Shown in pieces: positions 14,282 to 26,902 of a stretch of DNA of 64,000 bases. The position numbers and the translations under genes were made by a program. The stretch's first letter is position 1. The number at the start of each line of letters is the position of its first letter. Where the stretch lies: NCBI GenBank assembly GCA_951406725.2, contig OX597814.1:15748001-15812000 (forward strand). The letters run 5' to 3'. The notes under the pieces were generated by a model, which was not told the DNA's origin, did not search any database, and was given only the letters and a program-made list of their open reading frames with translations. Origin of the DNA: Octopus vulgaris (Eukaryota).

Positions 14282-14503
14282 CATCATCATTATTATTATT
14301 AATGTGTTGCGTTAGAGGTGGAGATGATATCGAGTTAAAATACATCATTTCGTTTCGAAAATAGTAATAAATTTCAATGAGTATTACTTACTCGGATGCA
14401 GTCCAATCCTTTGTTAATAAATCTTTGGCTCCATACGATGTCCTTGGTTTCGATGTTTGTGGATAGATTTCGGAGCTCTGTTTTTATAGATTTCGGAGCT
14501 CTG

Positions 14504-14567
<64 letters not shown>

Positions 14568-14621
14568 CATTATTATTATCATTATCATTATCATTATTAT
14601 TATCATTATTATTATTATTAT

Positions 14622-15175
14622 TGAGTGAGAGAGCAGTGCATGCCATCAAAGTGACACTGGGGTAAAATATATGAATCCCAGTATACCTATCATGACTATC
14701 CGTCTGATGAAGGTACACCAGGCACATGCATCACAACCATGTGTGCGACATGGTGATCTCATATCAAGATAAACAGGACATGACCTTGCAGCTGGGGCCC
14801 AGTTAGAATTTTCTTCAGGTCGAATAGCCCATCCCGCTCAAAAGGTCCCTGAATAAGGATTGTTTAAGGATGTTGAACGAACCACCCCTGTTTCCAAAGA
14901 CGAATTATCCAAACCTCTAAGAATTTTTTTTCAACACACGGCTATGATGCTCCCCCACTACTTCTGCTCGTGATCAGAGATGCACATATCGTCAGCCACT
15001 AAGGGACATGCTCAACTGGTTAAGGTCACACAACTGACAAGCAAGTCTGTGGTATTGAGCAGAATATTTGCTGTAGCTCATCTTTTATACCAAAACAAAA
15101 CAACGTACATGATAACACTTCCAATCAGTTAAGATGAGAAGCCATGATAGCCGCTGCCTTGTACTGCATCAGGGC

Positions 15176-15178
<3 letters not shown>
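14622..15178. mobile_element. ~555-bp unclassified insertion inside a (TAA)n array
   Basis: Complex sequence bounded sharply on both sides by (TAA/TAT)n runs. Confidence 0.45.
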
Positions 15179-15242
<64 letters not shown>

Positions 15243-15306
15243 GTCGTTGTTGTTGTTGTTGTTACTATTTTTATTGTTATTGTTGTTGCTGCTGCTATTA
15301 TTATTA

Positions 15307-15358
<52 letters not shown>

Positions 15359-15559
15359 TACTACTACTACTATCATCATCATCATTTGTCTGAAGTCCGC
15401 TTCTGACAATGCCGTAAAAAGCAAGAAAACATTTAAAACAGAATCGTTCCTTTTAAAGTTTTGTTTGTATTTCTTGTATATTTTATTATTTACAATGTAT
15501 CTTAAAAAGATTGCTTTTCGTTCTTTCTATCCCTTTCTTTTTCTAAATCTCTGTTCCAG

Positions 15560-16671
15560 GTTATGGACAATTGGCACCGAAAAGCAAATGGGGTCGCGTG
15601 GCAACCATACTCTACGCCATAGTTGGAATACCGCTTACCTTCCTGTGCTTATCAATGATCGGTTCATCTCTGGCTAGTATTTTCAAGTTTATCTACAAGA
15701 ATTTGTTCTACGCAATCTATCGCAAATGGCTCCGCCTACGAACCTACGTAGACTCGGCGGAATCACTCAATTATCATTCAACGGTAGCAGCCGCCGAAGC
15801 AGTACCTGTAACGATAGCTGCTGCAGCTGCTGCAGTTGCCGAAATTGATAATAACGATGGCTATAACGAAAACGACCATAAAATAGTAACATTAGATATT
15901 CCAACGCTAACATGCCGAAATGATATTTCAGATCATTCTACGCAGAAGCAATCAACCAATACTGACTGTAGTGAAGATGTCTGTGAAGACTTCTCTAAGG
16001 AAGTTGGTAATGGTGCTTTCTCCTCGGCATATAAGCAAAGTGAGCAAGACAGGATTGAGAAACATTTCCTTCGACGCAGCAACAGCTACGTGCGTTCAAT
16101 TCTCGGAGACGATGAACTTTTGGAAAGACAATTTTTGTTTAAATGTACTGAAGATATTGCATTAGTACCTCCAACAATACAATGCAAAGACAGTTCAAAG
16201 ACGGAACTCTGTGAAACTGGATCTATGGGGCATATTTCTCCGGAGTCTAAAGATGCTCTTTCTCCAATCGATGAAGCGAAACCAGTAACGGGGTTAACAG
16301 AGGAAACAGCAGTTGAGTCATCGGAAAGCCACGAACATATTCGAGTGCCCGTGTCTGTTAGTCTTTTAGTATTCGGGGCATACATATGTATCGGGGCTGC
16401 CCTTTTTTCATTTTGGGAACAAGAATGGGACTATTTTATTGGTTCGTATTTCTGTTTCATTACACTTAGTACGATTGGGCTGGGTGATTTTGTTCCGGGT
16501 TCGAATGGTAATTCGTGGGCAAGTGAGGAGAAACAAGCTATTTGTTCACTTTATCTGTTGTTCGGTATGGCAATGACAGTTATGTGCTTGAAATTAATGC
16601 AAGAAGAAATACGGTACCAGTTTTCAAATCTAGGCCGTAAAATAGGACTCATTGAGAATGACAATGATTGA
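15560..16671 (+). CDS. Terminal coding exon of a two-pore-domain K+ channel (K2P/TWiK family, TRESK/KCNK18-like architecture)
   Basis: Polypyrimidine tract and TTCCAG acceptor at 15559; the exon opens (G)GT TAT GGA = GYG of pore 1. It continues with M2 (GRVATILYAIVGIPLTFLCL), a long cytoplasmic loop, M3 (VPVSVSLLVFGAYICIGAALF), pore 2 (YFCFITLSTIGLGDFVPG), M4 and a TGA stop at 16669-16671. I did not find the upstream exon(s) in the window. Confidence 0.93.
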
Positions 16672-16681
16672 GATTCTTGAA

Positions 16682-16687
16682 AATAAA
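16682..16687 (+). promoter_or_regulatory. Possible AATAAA polyadenylation signal just after the K2P stop
   Basis: AATAAA 10 nt after the stop; it could be chance in AT-rich DNA. Confidence 0.2.
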
Positions 16688-16880
16688 TTATTGATTCACA
16701 GTATTACCTGAAACAAAATCTACAAAAATGACATTAAGCATATTTATATGATTGTCTTATATATGGATTAAAAATAATTAAACTTCAAACGCATAACTTT
16801 TTTGATGTTTTTTTTTTTCCATCTTCGGATTGCAATGATAAGGGTGACAGACATCGGTTGAACAATGGAGAAAATTAGTT

Positions 16881-17297
16881 ATTTCTTTATTGCCCGCAAA
16901 AGGCTAAACATAGAGGGGACAAACAAGGACAGACAAACGGATTAAGTCGATTACATCGACCCCAGTGAGTAACTAGTAGTAAATTTATCGACCCCGAAAG
17001 GATGAAAGGCCAAGTCGACCTCGGCGAAATTTGAACTCAGAACGTAACGGCAGACGAAATACCTATTTCTTTTCTACCCACAAGGGGCTAAACACAGAAG
17101 GGACAAACAAGGACAGACAAACGGATTAAGTCGATTAGATCGACCCCAGTGCTTAACTGGTACTTATTTCATCGACCCCGAAAGGATGAAAGGCAAAGTC
17201 GAACTCGGCGGAATTTGAACTCAGAACGTAACGGCAGACGAAATACTGCCAAGCATTTCGCCCGGCGTGCTAACGTTTCTGCCAGCTCGCCGCCTTC
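16881..17297 (-). mobile_element. SINE family B dimer with ~20-bp TSD
   Basis: Two ~185-bp units; TSD AACAATGGA(G/C)AAAATTAGTT. Confidence 0.85.
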
Positions 17298-18605
17298 AAC
17301 AATGGACAAAATTAGTTTTAGAATATAGTCACGTCTCTTTACACTCGAAGATTTAGTTTACCTTTTAATCCACGGTTCTTTCAGAGTATATTTATGGATT
17401 CGTGCTTATGCTTGAAATTTATATTTATATCAGATAACGTTGATGGTGAAATGGCAGACTTAGAAGGATGCCAGAAACGTGCTTGTAGTATTGAGCAAAT
17501 CCTGAGCTCAAATCTCGCCGACTAATTCATCTTCTGGCGAGCTGGCAGAAACGTTAGCATGCCGGGCAAAAATGCTTAGTGGTATTTCGTCTGTCGTTAT
17601 GTTCTGAGTTCAAATTCCGCCAAGGTCGACTTTGCCTTTCATCCTCTTGGGGTCGATAAATAAAGTACCAGTTTCGCACTGGGTCGATGTAATCGACTTA
17701 ATCCCTTTTTCTGTCCTTGTTTATCCTCTCTGTGTTTAGCCCCTTGTGAGTTGTAAAGAAATATATTTTCCTGGGGAAGCTAGAATAGTACCTTGAAAAT
17801 TCATTTAAAACATTACGGCGTATTGATTCTGGCTGATGGGATAATCCAAAGTTTCAGACAGGATTCTTCTTTCAGAGCGAAACAATACAGAGACAAATAA
17901 TAAAGACGTAGAAAGGTAAGTAGCAACCAAATATTGGAGCCAATAACTTAATCTCCATCCTCATACAACGTGTAACGTTGTTATAAGTTAATATTTATAC
18001 CAGAGCAACAGGAAGGAGAAACAGAAGAGTGATATTTCGTTTCATTTCTTTCATCCAGAGATTAAACACAGCCAGGATCGATTCCGCTTTCATTCCTCCC
18101 GGGTTATTAAATTAATCACGAGCACTATACAAAGATTAATTAAATTGATTATAACTCACTGACCAAAGATTCATAACTTTGGGTCAAATGTAGAAATCAA
18201 TATTTTAATTATGATATTGCTCCGAAAGCGGTTGTTGTTTTAGCCTCCAGATCGAGCGAACCTATGAGTAAATGGTATTGCAGCATCTAGGTATCTAGGT
18301 TGGTGATTCTGAACCTTTTTCTTTTTTTACCACTTGACCCCTTTGATTACTGTTTTATTGTCGTGGACCCTTAAGGCCATTCAATGTTTAAAAACTAGTT
18401 TTATAGCTACTTCTTTCAAAATTCCTATTTTACTTTTGACACATTACCTTACATAGGTTGAACTATGTAAAACATTAGAGAAAAAAAAAAACAGCTGTTT
18501 CTGGCAATAAATACGTCTAATGCACAATTTTTTCATGGACCCTTAACCCTTTGACCTCTGACCTCCTGAACCTTATTTTACCATACACCTGGCACTCCAC
18601 CAGTG

Positions 18606-19335
18606 CCGGCGAGCTGGCAGAATCGTTAGCACGCCGGGCGAAATGCTTAGCGGTATTTCGTCTGCCGTTACGTTCTGAGTTCAAATTCCGCCGAGGTCGA
18701 CTTTGCCTGTCATCCTTTCGGGGTCGATTAAATAAGTACCAGTTACGCACTGGGGTCGATATAATCGACTTAATCCGTTAGCACGCCGGGCAAAATGCGT
18801 AGCAGTATTTCGACTGACGTTACGTTCTGAGTTCAAGTTCCGCCGAGGTCGACTTTGCCATTCATCCTTTCGGGGTCGATTAAATAAGTACCAGTTACGT
18901 CTGGGGTCGATATAATCGACTTGATCCGTTTGTCCTTGTTTGTACTCTCTGTGTTTAGCCCCTTGTGGATAATAAAGAAATAGGTATTTCGTCTGCTGTT
19001 ACGTTCTGAGTTCAAATTCCGCCGAGGTCGACTTTGCCTTTCATCCTTTCGAGGTCGATTAAATAAGTACCAGTTCCGCCCAGGGTCGATATAATCGACT
19101 TAATCCGTTTGTCCTTGTTTGTACTCTCTGTGTTTAGCCCCTTGTGGGTAGTAAAGAAATAGGTATTTCGTCTGCCGCTACGTTCTGAGTTCAAATTCCG
19201 CTGAGGTCGATTTTGCCTTTCATCCTTTCGGGGTCGATTAAATAAGTACCAGTTACGCACTGGGGTCGGTGTAATCGACTTAATCCGTGTGTCTGTCCCT
19301 ATTTGTCCCCTTGTGGGTAGTAAAGAAATAGGTAT
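18606..19335 (+). mobile_element. SINE family B multimer (4 units), inserted in a probable MITE (~18295-19510)
   Basis: Repeated GTATTTCG..TG...GGGGTCGAT units. Confidence 0.85.
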
Positions 19336-19853
19336 AGAGCGGTGCTACAGTGTAGAGAAAAATAAGCTATCAACCGATAAACCGTTGTTGCGTGCTCAAA
19401 GGGTTAATATACTACTGTGTGTCATCAATTTACTATTTTGCTTACGTGGACCCCCAAAATCTTATATGGACTCGCAGGGGTCACGTTAACCCCGGTCAAG
19501 AACAACTGATCTAAGTGATCATTATCTAATGTTACAGTTACAGTCATTATATTTAATGCACTAAGGTGTGGTGTGAAAGAGATTTGGCAAGCAATTTCCA
19601 TTAGATCGATCGAATGCGTAGAGGCTCCCTCTGTCGTGATCGCCTTTTTAAACCAGATATGTTCTGAATTTAAGGTGAGACACGGTAGTCATTGTAAAAG
19701 GAAGAGAAGTGCATCGAATTTTAAACACTACTTGAGGAAGTTTTTGCCCACTAATTACCTGGATAATCTGTTGATTGACGTTTTCCTATATAGATCCTAC
19801 TGTATTTTAATATAGAGAATGCTTACTTGAAGCATTTTCCCTCAGCATGCCCA

Positions 19854-19898
<45 letters not shown>

Positions 19899-19981
19899 GG
19901 TCCCGGGTTGATTCGGGGTTAACCACAGTAAATAAGGTACTCAATACATAGCAGAGTAAAATTAATTTATTATATAGAAGG

Positions 19982-20032
19982 AGCTTCTACAGGACTAGAA
20001 CTGTTTCATTCAAGAGAAATCTTCAGGAAGCT
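19982..20032 (-). ncRNA. Type I hammerhead ribozyme motif (left arm)
   Basis: Exact reverse complement of the motif at 22546-22596. Confidence 0.75.
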
Positions 20033-20212
20033 AGTTAACAAGAATTGTATTGGCATTTATACATTTAGGCAGGTTTAAAGGGGTGGTGGTGGGGGACTTT
20101 TGGGGGGTAGGCATAGCGCAAAAAAATCATACTTGGGGGAGTGGTCAAGGAGTCAGTGGTAAATTAGATAGAAGAATAAATAAAAGAATAAAAAAAAAAT
20201 AATAATAATAAT

Positions 20213-20288
20213 ATGTGTGTGTATATATGTATATGTAAGTGTGTGAGTGTGTATGAGCATGTATGTATGTTGCACACATGTATGTGTA

Positions 20289-20335
<47 letters not shown>

Positions 20336-20466
20336 ATATATATGTGTATGTATGTGTGTATGTATATGTATGTGTGTGTGTGTATATATGTATGTGTGTG
20401 TGTATGTGTGTATATGTATATGTATGTGTATGTATGTATGTGTATATGTATATATATGTATATGTG

Positions 20467-20497
<31 letters not shown>

Positions 20498-20558
20498 ATG
20501 TGTGTGTGTATGTGTATGTGTGTGTATGTATATGTATGTATATATGTGTGTATGTGTG

Positions 20559-20591
<33 letters not shown>

Positions 20592-20762
20592 GGGTATATA
20601 TATATATATATGTGTATATATGCGTGTATGTATATGTATGTATGTATATATGTGTGTGTATGTGTATGTGTATATGTACATATACGTGTACGCTCGTGTG
20701 TTTAGGTATATGTAGGTACGTAGAGTTATGTATGTGTGTATGTATATGTACATATGTGTAAG

Positions 20763-20845
<83 letters not shown>

Positions 20846-21203
20846 AAGTTTATATGTATGTATCCGTCTGTATAATAGGTAACTGCACGTATATATACTT
20901 AATATTTATTATTTATTATTTATTTTTTGAGTATGCATGTATGAATAACTGCACGTATATATATTTTATTACTTATTTTTGAGTCTGCATGTAAGTATGA
21001 ACATAAGGAGTGGCGTGTGTGTGTGTGTATGTGTAAGCATAGATATATGTATACTTTTACGCATGTCTGTACTTATGTGTATATATGGATGCGCGTGTGT
21101 GTGTGTGTGTATGGGTACGCATGTATATGTGTATGTGCGTGTATGTGTATATGTGTATGTATGTGTGTGTGTATATATGTATATGTATGTATGTATATGT
21201 ATG

Positions 21204-21246
<43 letters not shown>

Positions 21247-21322
21247 ATGTATATGTGTATGTGTATGTATTTGTATGTGTATGCATGCGCGTATATGTAT
21301 GTATATGTATACGTGTGGGTGT

Positions 21323-21382
<60 letters not shown>

Positions 21383-21914
21383 ATGTATGTATGGGTGTAT
21401 GTATGTATGTATGCGGATATGTATATATATGTATATATATATACATATGTGTGTGTATGTGTATATATATATATATGTGTATATATATGTATGTATGTAT
21501 TTGTATGTAGGTGTATATGTATGTGTGTATATATATTTATTGGTGTATACGTATAGACTAGTCTTCTAAGATTGTAGACATGCATCTGTAGGTACGCGTA
21601 CGTATGTGTATATACGTGTATGTATGTAGATGTATGTATGTATGAATATAACGCGTGCGTGCGTGTATGTGTATGAGTGTACGAATGAGTGAGTGTGCGT
21701 GCTAATGAGTGTGCGTGCGTGAGTGAGTGCTTGTGCTCAAGTAGAAAGATAAAAGGGACTAGCTGTCGTAGCCAAGATGCTTGTGACCAGCGGTCAAAGA
21801 TAACAAAAGTAATAAATGAAGATAATAAAATTAAAATTAGGGAATGGGTTTGTATTTCTATGTATATGTGTGTATGTGTAGGTATGAGTAGGTACACATA
21901 TGTATGTATATATG

Positions 21915-21952
<38 letters not shown>

Positions 21953-22141
21953 TGTGTATATGTATATATGAGTATATAGGGACTTGTGTGTTGTGTGAGC
22001 ATGTGTGTATGTGGATTTGTGTGTGTATGTGTGTATGTGTATGTGTGTGTATGTATATATTTTTTTGTGTGTATGTGTATGTGGTGTCGTGTGTGTGTAT
22101 ATATACATGTGTGTGTGTATATGTATATGCATGTATATGTG

Positions 22142-22177
<36 letters not shown>

Positions 22178-22194
22178 GATATATGTATGTATAT

Positions 22195-22238
<44 letters not shown>

Positions 22239-22310
22239 GTGTGTGTGTATGTATGTGTGCATCTATATGTGTGTGTGTGTGTGTATATGTATACATATGT
22301 GTATAGGTAT
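20213..22310. repeat. Complex (TG/TA/TATG) microsatellite block with a short unique insert (~21730-21860)
   Basis: Directly visible. Confidence 0.95.
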
Positions 22311-22545
22311 AAGTGAGAATTTCCTTATTTACCTAAAACTCTATTCTTCTATATATTTTTTTATTCCCTTTTTTTAATTTTTTTTTATTCTTTTATTTAT
22401 TCTTCTATCTAATTTACCACTGACTCCTTGACCACTCCCCCAAGTATGATTTTTTTTTGCGCTATGCCTACCCCCAAAAAGTCCCCCACCACCACCCCTT
22501 TAAACCTGCCTAAATGTATAAATGCCAATACAATTCTTGTTAACT

Positions 22546-22596
22546 AGCTTCCTGAAGATTTCTCTTGAATGAAACAGTTCTAGTCCTGTAGAAGCT
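22546..22596 (+). ncRNA. Type I hammerhead ribozyme motif (right arm); predicted cleavage after GUA at 22590
   Basis: AGCUUC-CUGAAGA-U.UUC UCUU GAA.U-GAAA-CAG UUCUAGUC CUG-UA-GAAGCU: 6-bp stem I, CUGANGA and GAAA cores, 4-bp stem III and GUA triplet. Stem II is weak (U-U at its base). Confidence 0.75.
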
Positions 22597-22601
22597 CCTT
22601 C

Positions 22602-22641
<40 letters not shown>

Positions 22642-23146
22642 ATTTGGTTGACGGAAACTGAAAGAAGCCCGTCGTATATATGTATGTGTGTCTGCGTTTG
22701 TCCCTCCAACATCGCTTGACAACCGATGGTAGTGTGTTTACGTCCCGTAACCTAGTGGTTCGGCAAGAGATCGATAGAATAAGTACTAGGCTTACAAAGA
22801 ATAAGTCCTGGGGTCGATCTGCTCAACTAAATGCGGTGCTCCAGCATGGCCGCAGTCAAATGAGTGAAACGAGTAAAAGAGTACATGTATGTATATATAT
22901 ATATTGGGAATAAGAGCAGGAAGGAAGGCATGTAACACAATAAAGGATGTGCCCCAGACCCTACAATAGCACCGTGTTACTTGCGCTCTTATGCGTAAGT
23001 ATGACGTGGGCTACAGCAAAGAGAATATAACATCGATTGGCCACGACGCAAAGGACCATGGAAAGATCCATACTAGGGACATCATTAAAAGTGCACATTT
23101 GAAATGAGATCATTTGAGGACGGAGAGGAATGATGAGACAGCAGAA

Positions 23147-23559
23147 TACCTATTTCTTTATTACCCACAAGGGGCTAAACACAGAGGGGACAAACAAGGA
23201 CGGACATAGGTATTAAGTCGATTACAACGACCCCAGTGCGTAACTGGTACTTAATTTATCGACCCCGAAAGGATGAAAGGCAAAGTCGACCTCGGCGGAA
23301 TTTGAACTTACAACGTAACGCAGACGAAATACCTATTTCTTTATTACCCACAAGGGGCTAAACACAGAGGGGACAAACAAGGACAGACATAGGTATTAAG
23401 TCGATTACATCGACCCAAGTGCGTAACTGGTACTTAATTTATCGACCCCGAAAGGATGAAAGGCAAAGTCGACCTCGGCGGAATTTGAACTCAGAACGTA
23501 ACGCAGACGAAATACCGCTAAGCATTTCGCCCGGCGTGCTAACGTTTCTGCCAGCTCGC
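23147..23559 (-). mobile_element. SINE family B dimer/multimer
   Basis: Two ~183-bp tandem units plus head. Confidence 0.85.
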
Positions 23560-23819
23560 AGAATACTGATAGCTCAAAGCTCAAGTTCTGCTGTGCCGGA
23601 CGTGTCACAAGGCTCATTAACAACACATGGACTCGTGCAGTTGCCAAGAGATCGGAAAAGACCACTTGGAAGGCTTCCACGACGATGGGGAAGACGATAT
23701 GGTCAAGCAATTTGGGTCACGTTGGAAAAGAATGACGCAATCAAGACAAAATTGGTTGGGAGTGCATTATGACCAGCCGTGTATTAGAGCATCTGATGGT
23801 CAATTCGATAATGCGATGC

Positions 23820-24120
23820 TGTTGTTGTTTGTTCCTTCTCGAACCACGCCTGGCTCATAAGGGCCGGTTTCCCGGTTTCCTTGGCGTATAGTTTCCCCAC
23901 CTGGACGGAACGCCGGTGAGCTGCAAGACGCAGGAGGAAAGAGTGAGAGAAAGTTGTGACGAAAAAGTCAGCAGAAGTTCGCCAGTACCTTCTGCCGGAG
24001 CCATGTGGAGCTTATGTGTTTCGCTCCATAAACACACATATCGCCCGATCTGAGATTCGAAGCCGCGATCCTCTGACAGCGAGTCTGCTGCTCTAACCAT
24101 TAGGTCATGTTCCTCCACAC
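23820..24120 (-). mobile_element. tRNA-derived SINE related to family D
   Basis: Minus-strand head with GGATCGCGGCTTCGAATCTC and similarity to 29950-30330. Confidence 0.65.
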
Positions 24121-26036
24121 TGCAATGCTGTGATATATGTATAAAGTAAGGCGGCGAGCTGGCAGAAACGTTAGCACGTAGGGCGAAATGCTTAGCCGTA
24201 TTTTATCTGTCTTTACGTTCTGAGTTAAAATTCCGCAGAGGTCGACTTTGCCTTTCATCCTTCCGGGGTCGATAAATTAAGTACCAGTTGCGTACTGGGG
24301 TCGATCTAATCGACTGGCCCCCTCCCCCAAAATTTCGGGCCTTGTGCCTAGCGTAGAAAAGAATATATGTATAAAGTAAAGCAAATACAAATAAAAAAGG
24401 CAACAAAAGACCAAGTTGATATCATTAGGTTGAAGCTCAAGGTAGAAATAAGAGTTATATAGTCATAACGTTTCGGATATGGTCTTTCGTCAAATACCAG
24501 AGAAAGTTCAAGTGAGACAGGGAAGAGAAAAAAGAAATTATATAACCCTCTTAGTCGTAGCAACTGTGTCAAATACTTCCCCGAAGAGGTATGTGTAGAC
24601 TGAAACATGTCGAGTTTGCATGATCCTTCACCTACATTCTCTATCTAGTTCAAAAATTTGGTGCAGCCATCTTGTTCGCGAGCCCTCAGTCAAAATCGTC
24701 CAACCCATGCTAGCATGGAAAGCGGACGTTAAATGATGATGATGATAAATTGTCGAGTTTTCAACCTTGCTTTTTATTGTTAGATTTTAAAGTCACCTAC
24801 AGGGAAATTTTATCTTCTACATCATCATTTAACATCTGTCTTCTATGCTGGAATGGACTGGACAGGTCAACAGAATCTGACACACCAGAGGACCGCGTCG
24901 AGCTCCAGTGTTAGTTTTGGCATGACCTCTCCTGTCAACTACTTTACAGAGTGTATTGGGAACTTTTTCAGTAATGCTAGATCTGGCTGGTCTGGCGTTA
25001 ACTGGGATGTATTGATCAGATTTTCAACTCACTGGATCACATATATGAGAGCTTACTGTATTTACATCAGCTACAAAAGCATCGGTAACACATTTAGTGC
25101 TTCTAAGACTTCAGCTGGATTCAGTAGAGTTCAAAGTAAGGATAAAATATTTCTAGCATCATAATGTTGAAACTTTGATTAAAACACACGAAGAAACAGG
25201 AAAAGAATTATAGTTTTGAAGTTTGTGAATATGCAAATAAGCTCTAATTTTTGCTTGTTTCTTTCTTTCATTTTTTTTTTTTCCTTTTATCATAACCTTT
25301 CTTCTTTTGTTCATTCACAAATCAATATCCTGTTGTTAGAATTCCGGTGTACACGATTTTAATCTAGATACAAAATAAAAAAAGTGATTTAACAGAACTG
25401 ACTAGTATAATCATGGTTCATTGACTTATAAATTGACCAGTCATCCATGACTCCATAATAGACACGTAGAGATTTTTTAATTATTATTATTATGATTATT
25501 GTTGTTGTTATTATTATCATTTTATTTTGTCTTCTCCCTCAAATTTTCTTAGTAAGCGGCCAGTTGTGGATAGAACTCGTTTTCTGTTAAGCAAGAAAAG
25601 TTGGTTGTTATTCAGCCAAATCTGATACAGAGATTAATAATTTGGTGGTGGTGGTGGTGGTGGTGGTGGTGATGGGGATGAAAGAAACAAGTTACAATAA
25701 ATATGAAATACTAAGATTCTGAATTGAATATTGAGTTAAGTTTGTGTGGTGGTGGTGGTTAATCGCCGGTTATTTTTGGGTATGATTAAAGGACCCAGGG
25801 AAGAAAACCTTAGGAGTTGTATCTCATTACTTTCCTTAGAACCATAAGATTAGAACTGATGACAGCAACCTATATCTTCTTGCAGTATACATTTATAGTT
25901 GTTTAGCCCCAGGTCAGTCTTTGCCAAGCAAGAGGACTTAGGGTCAAAAGCATTTTAGTTGCGATTATGTTGAGATTTCAGGGAAAATTAGGACAATATT
26001 TTAGTGCATCTCTCTCTTTTAAAACAATAGGGTGTG

Positions 26037-26274
26037 GGGGCGCGTGGCTTAGTGGTTAGGGTGTCAGCACCATGATCGTAAGATTGTGGTTTCGATTCCT
26101 GAACCGGGCGACGCGTCGTGTTCTTGAGCAAAACACTTCATTTCACGTTGCTCCAGTCCACTCAGTTGGCAAAAATGAGTAACGCTGCGATGGACTGGCG
26201 TCCCGTCCAGCTGGGAAACACATACGCCATAGAAACTGGGAAACCGGGCCCATGAGCCTGAAAAAAAGAAACAA
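26037..26274 (+). mobile_element. tRNA-derived SINE with 16-bp TSD
   Basis: A/B boxes TGGCTTAGTGG / GTTTCGATTCC, A-rich tail, TSD AAAACAATAGGGTGTG. Confidence 0.85.
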
Positions 26275-26902
26275 AAAACAATAGGGTGTGACCTGCGGAA
26301 AATTTAACTTAGTTGATGCAAGTGCCGCTCGACTGGCTCCCGTGCTGCCTGACCGGCTCCCGTGCCGCTGGCACGTAAAAAGCACTATTCGAGCGTGGCT
26401 GATGCCAGTGCAACCTGACTGGCCCCCGTGCTGGTGGCACATAAAAAGCACCCACTATACTCTCCGAATGGTTGGCGTTAGGAAGGGCATCCAGCAGTAG
26501 AAACTCTACCAGATCAGATTGGAGCCTTGTGCAGCCTCCTGGCTTGCCAGTCCTCAGTCAAACCGTAAAATCCAAACCAGCATGGAAAGCAGACGTTACA
26601 CGACGATGATGATGATTTCTGTTAGACTGAGTAAACATGTATAGGTTTTCTCGTTGGCTTTTGCTAAATTTCTTGTATGTAGTGGCAACACTGACGTAGG
26701 TGAGGGCCTTACACCTCTGTGATGCTAAGATTAACTACTTCTGTGGAAATACTCCAGATCCAGTTTCATTTAAATAGACTAACTACTAGGTGAAAATGTA
26801 TCTGCTTAGCCCAAGGTCAGATTTGATGAAGCAGATCTATTTTCAAAATGAATTTTCAGCCATGACCATCCTTCTTTTTCGATCTAATAAACAGTCTGTC
26901 TA

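Larger units (their letters stand above)
19895..22610. mobile_element. Fold-back element: ~235-bp inverted arms (19968-20200 / 22377-22610) enclosing ~2.2 kb of microsatellite-rich DNA, inserted in (TA)n; probably a non-autonomous Penelope-like element
   Basis: The arms are near-perfect reverse complements, each contains a hammerhead motif, and both ends abut (TA)n runs. The left arm has an extra ~70-bp tail (19895-19967). Confidence 0.7.

Noticed and set aside
1-15559. Search for upstream K2P exon(s) (M1, cap, start of pore 1)
   Set aside because: No convincing + strand segment ending in TTIG/GT was found by eye; it is probably upstream of the window.
15144-15677. ORF overlapping the K2P start, and the ORF-track 'M' at 15571
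   Set aside because: The overlapping ORF is (TAT)n-derived. 15571 is a TTG inside an exon that begins at the splice acceptor at 15560.
20145-22377. Long ORFs (up to 407 aa) of H/T/Y/I or C/V/M/Y
   Set aside because: Translations of dinucleotide and tetranucleotide microsatellites that lack stop codons by composition.
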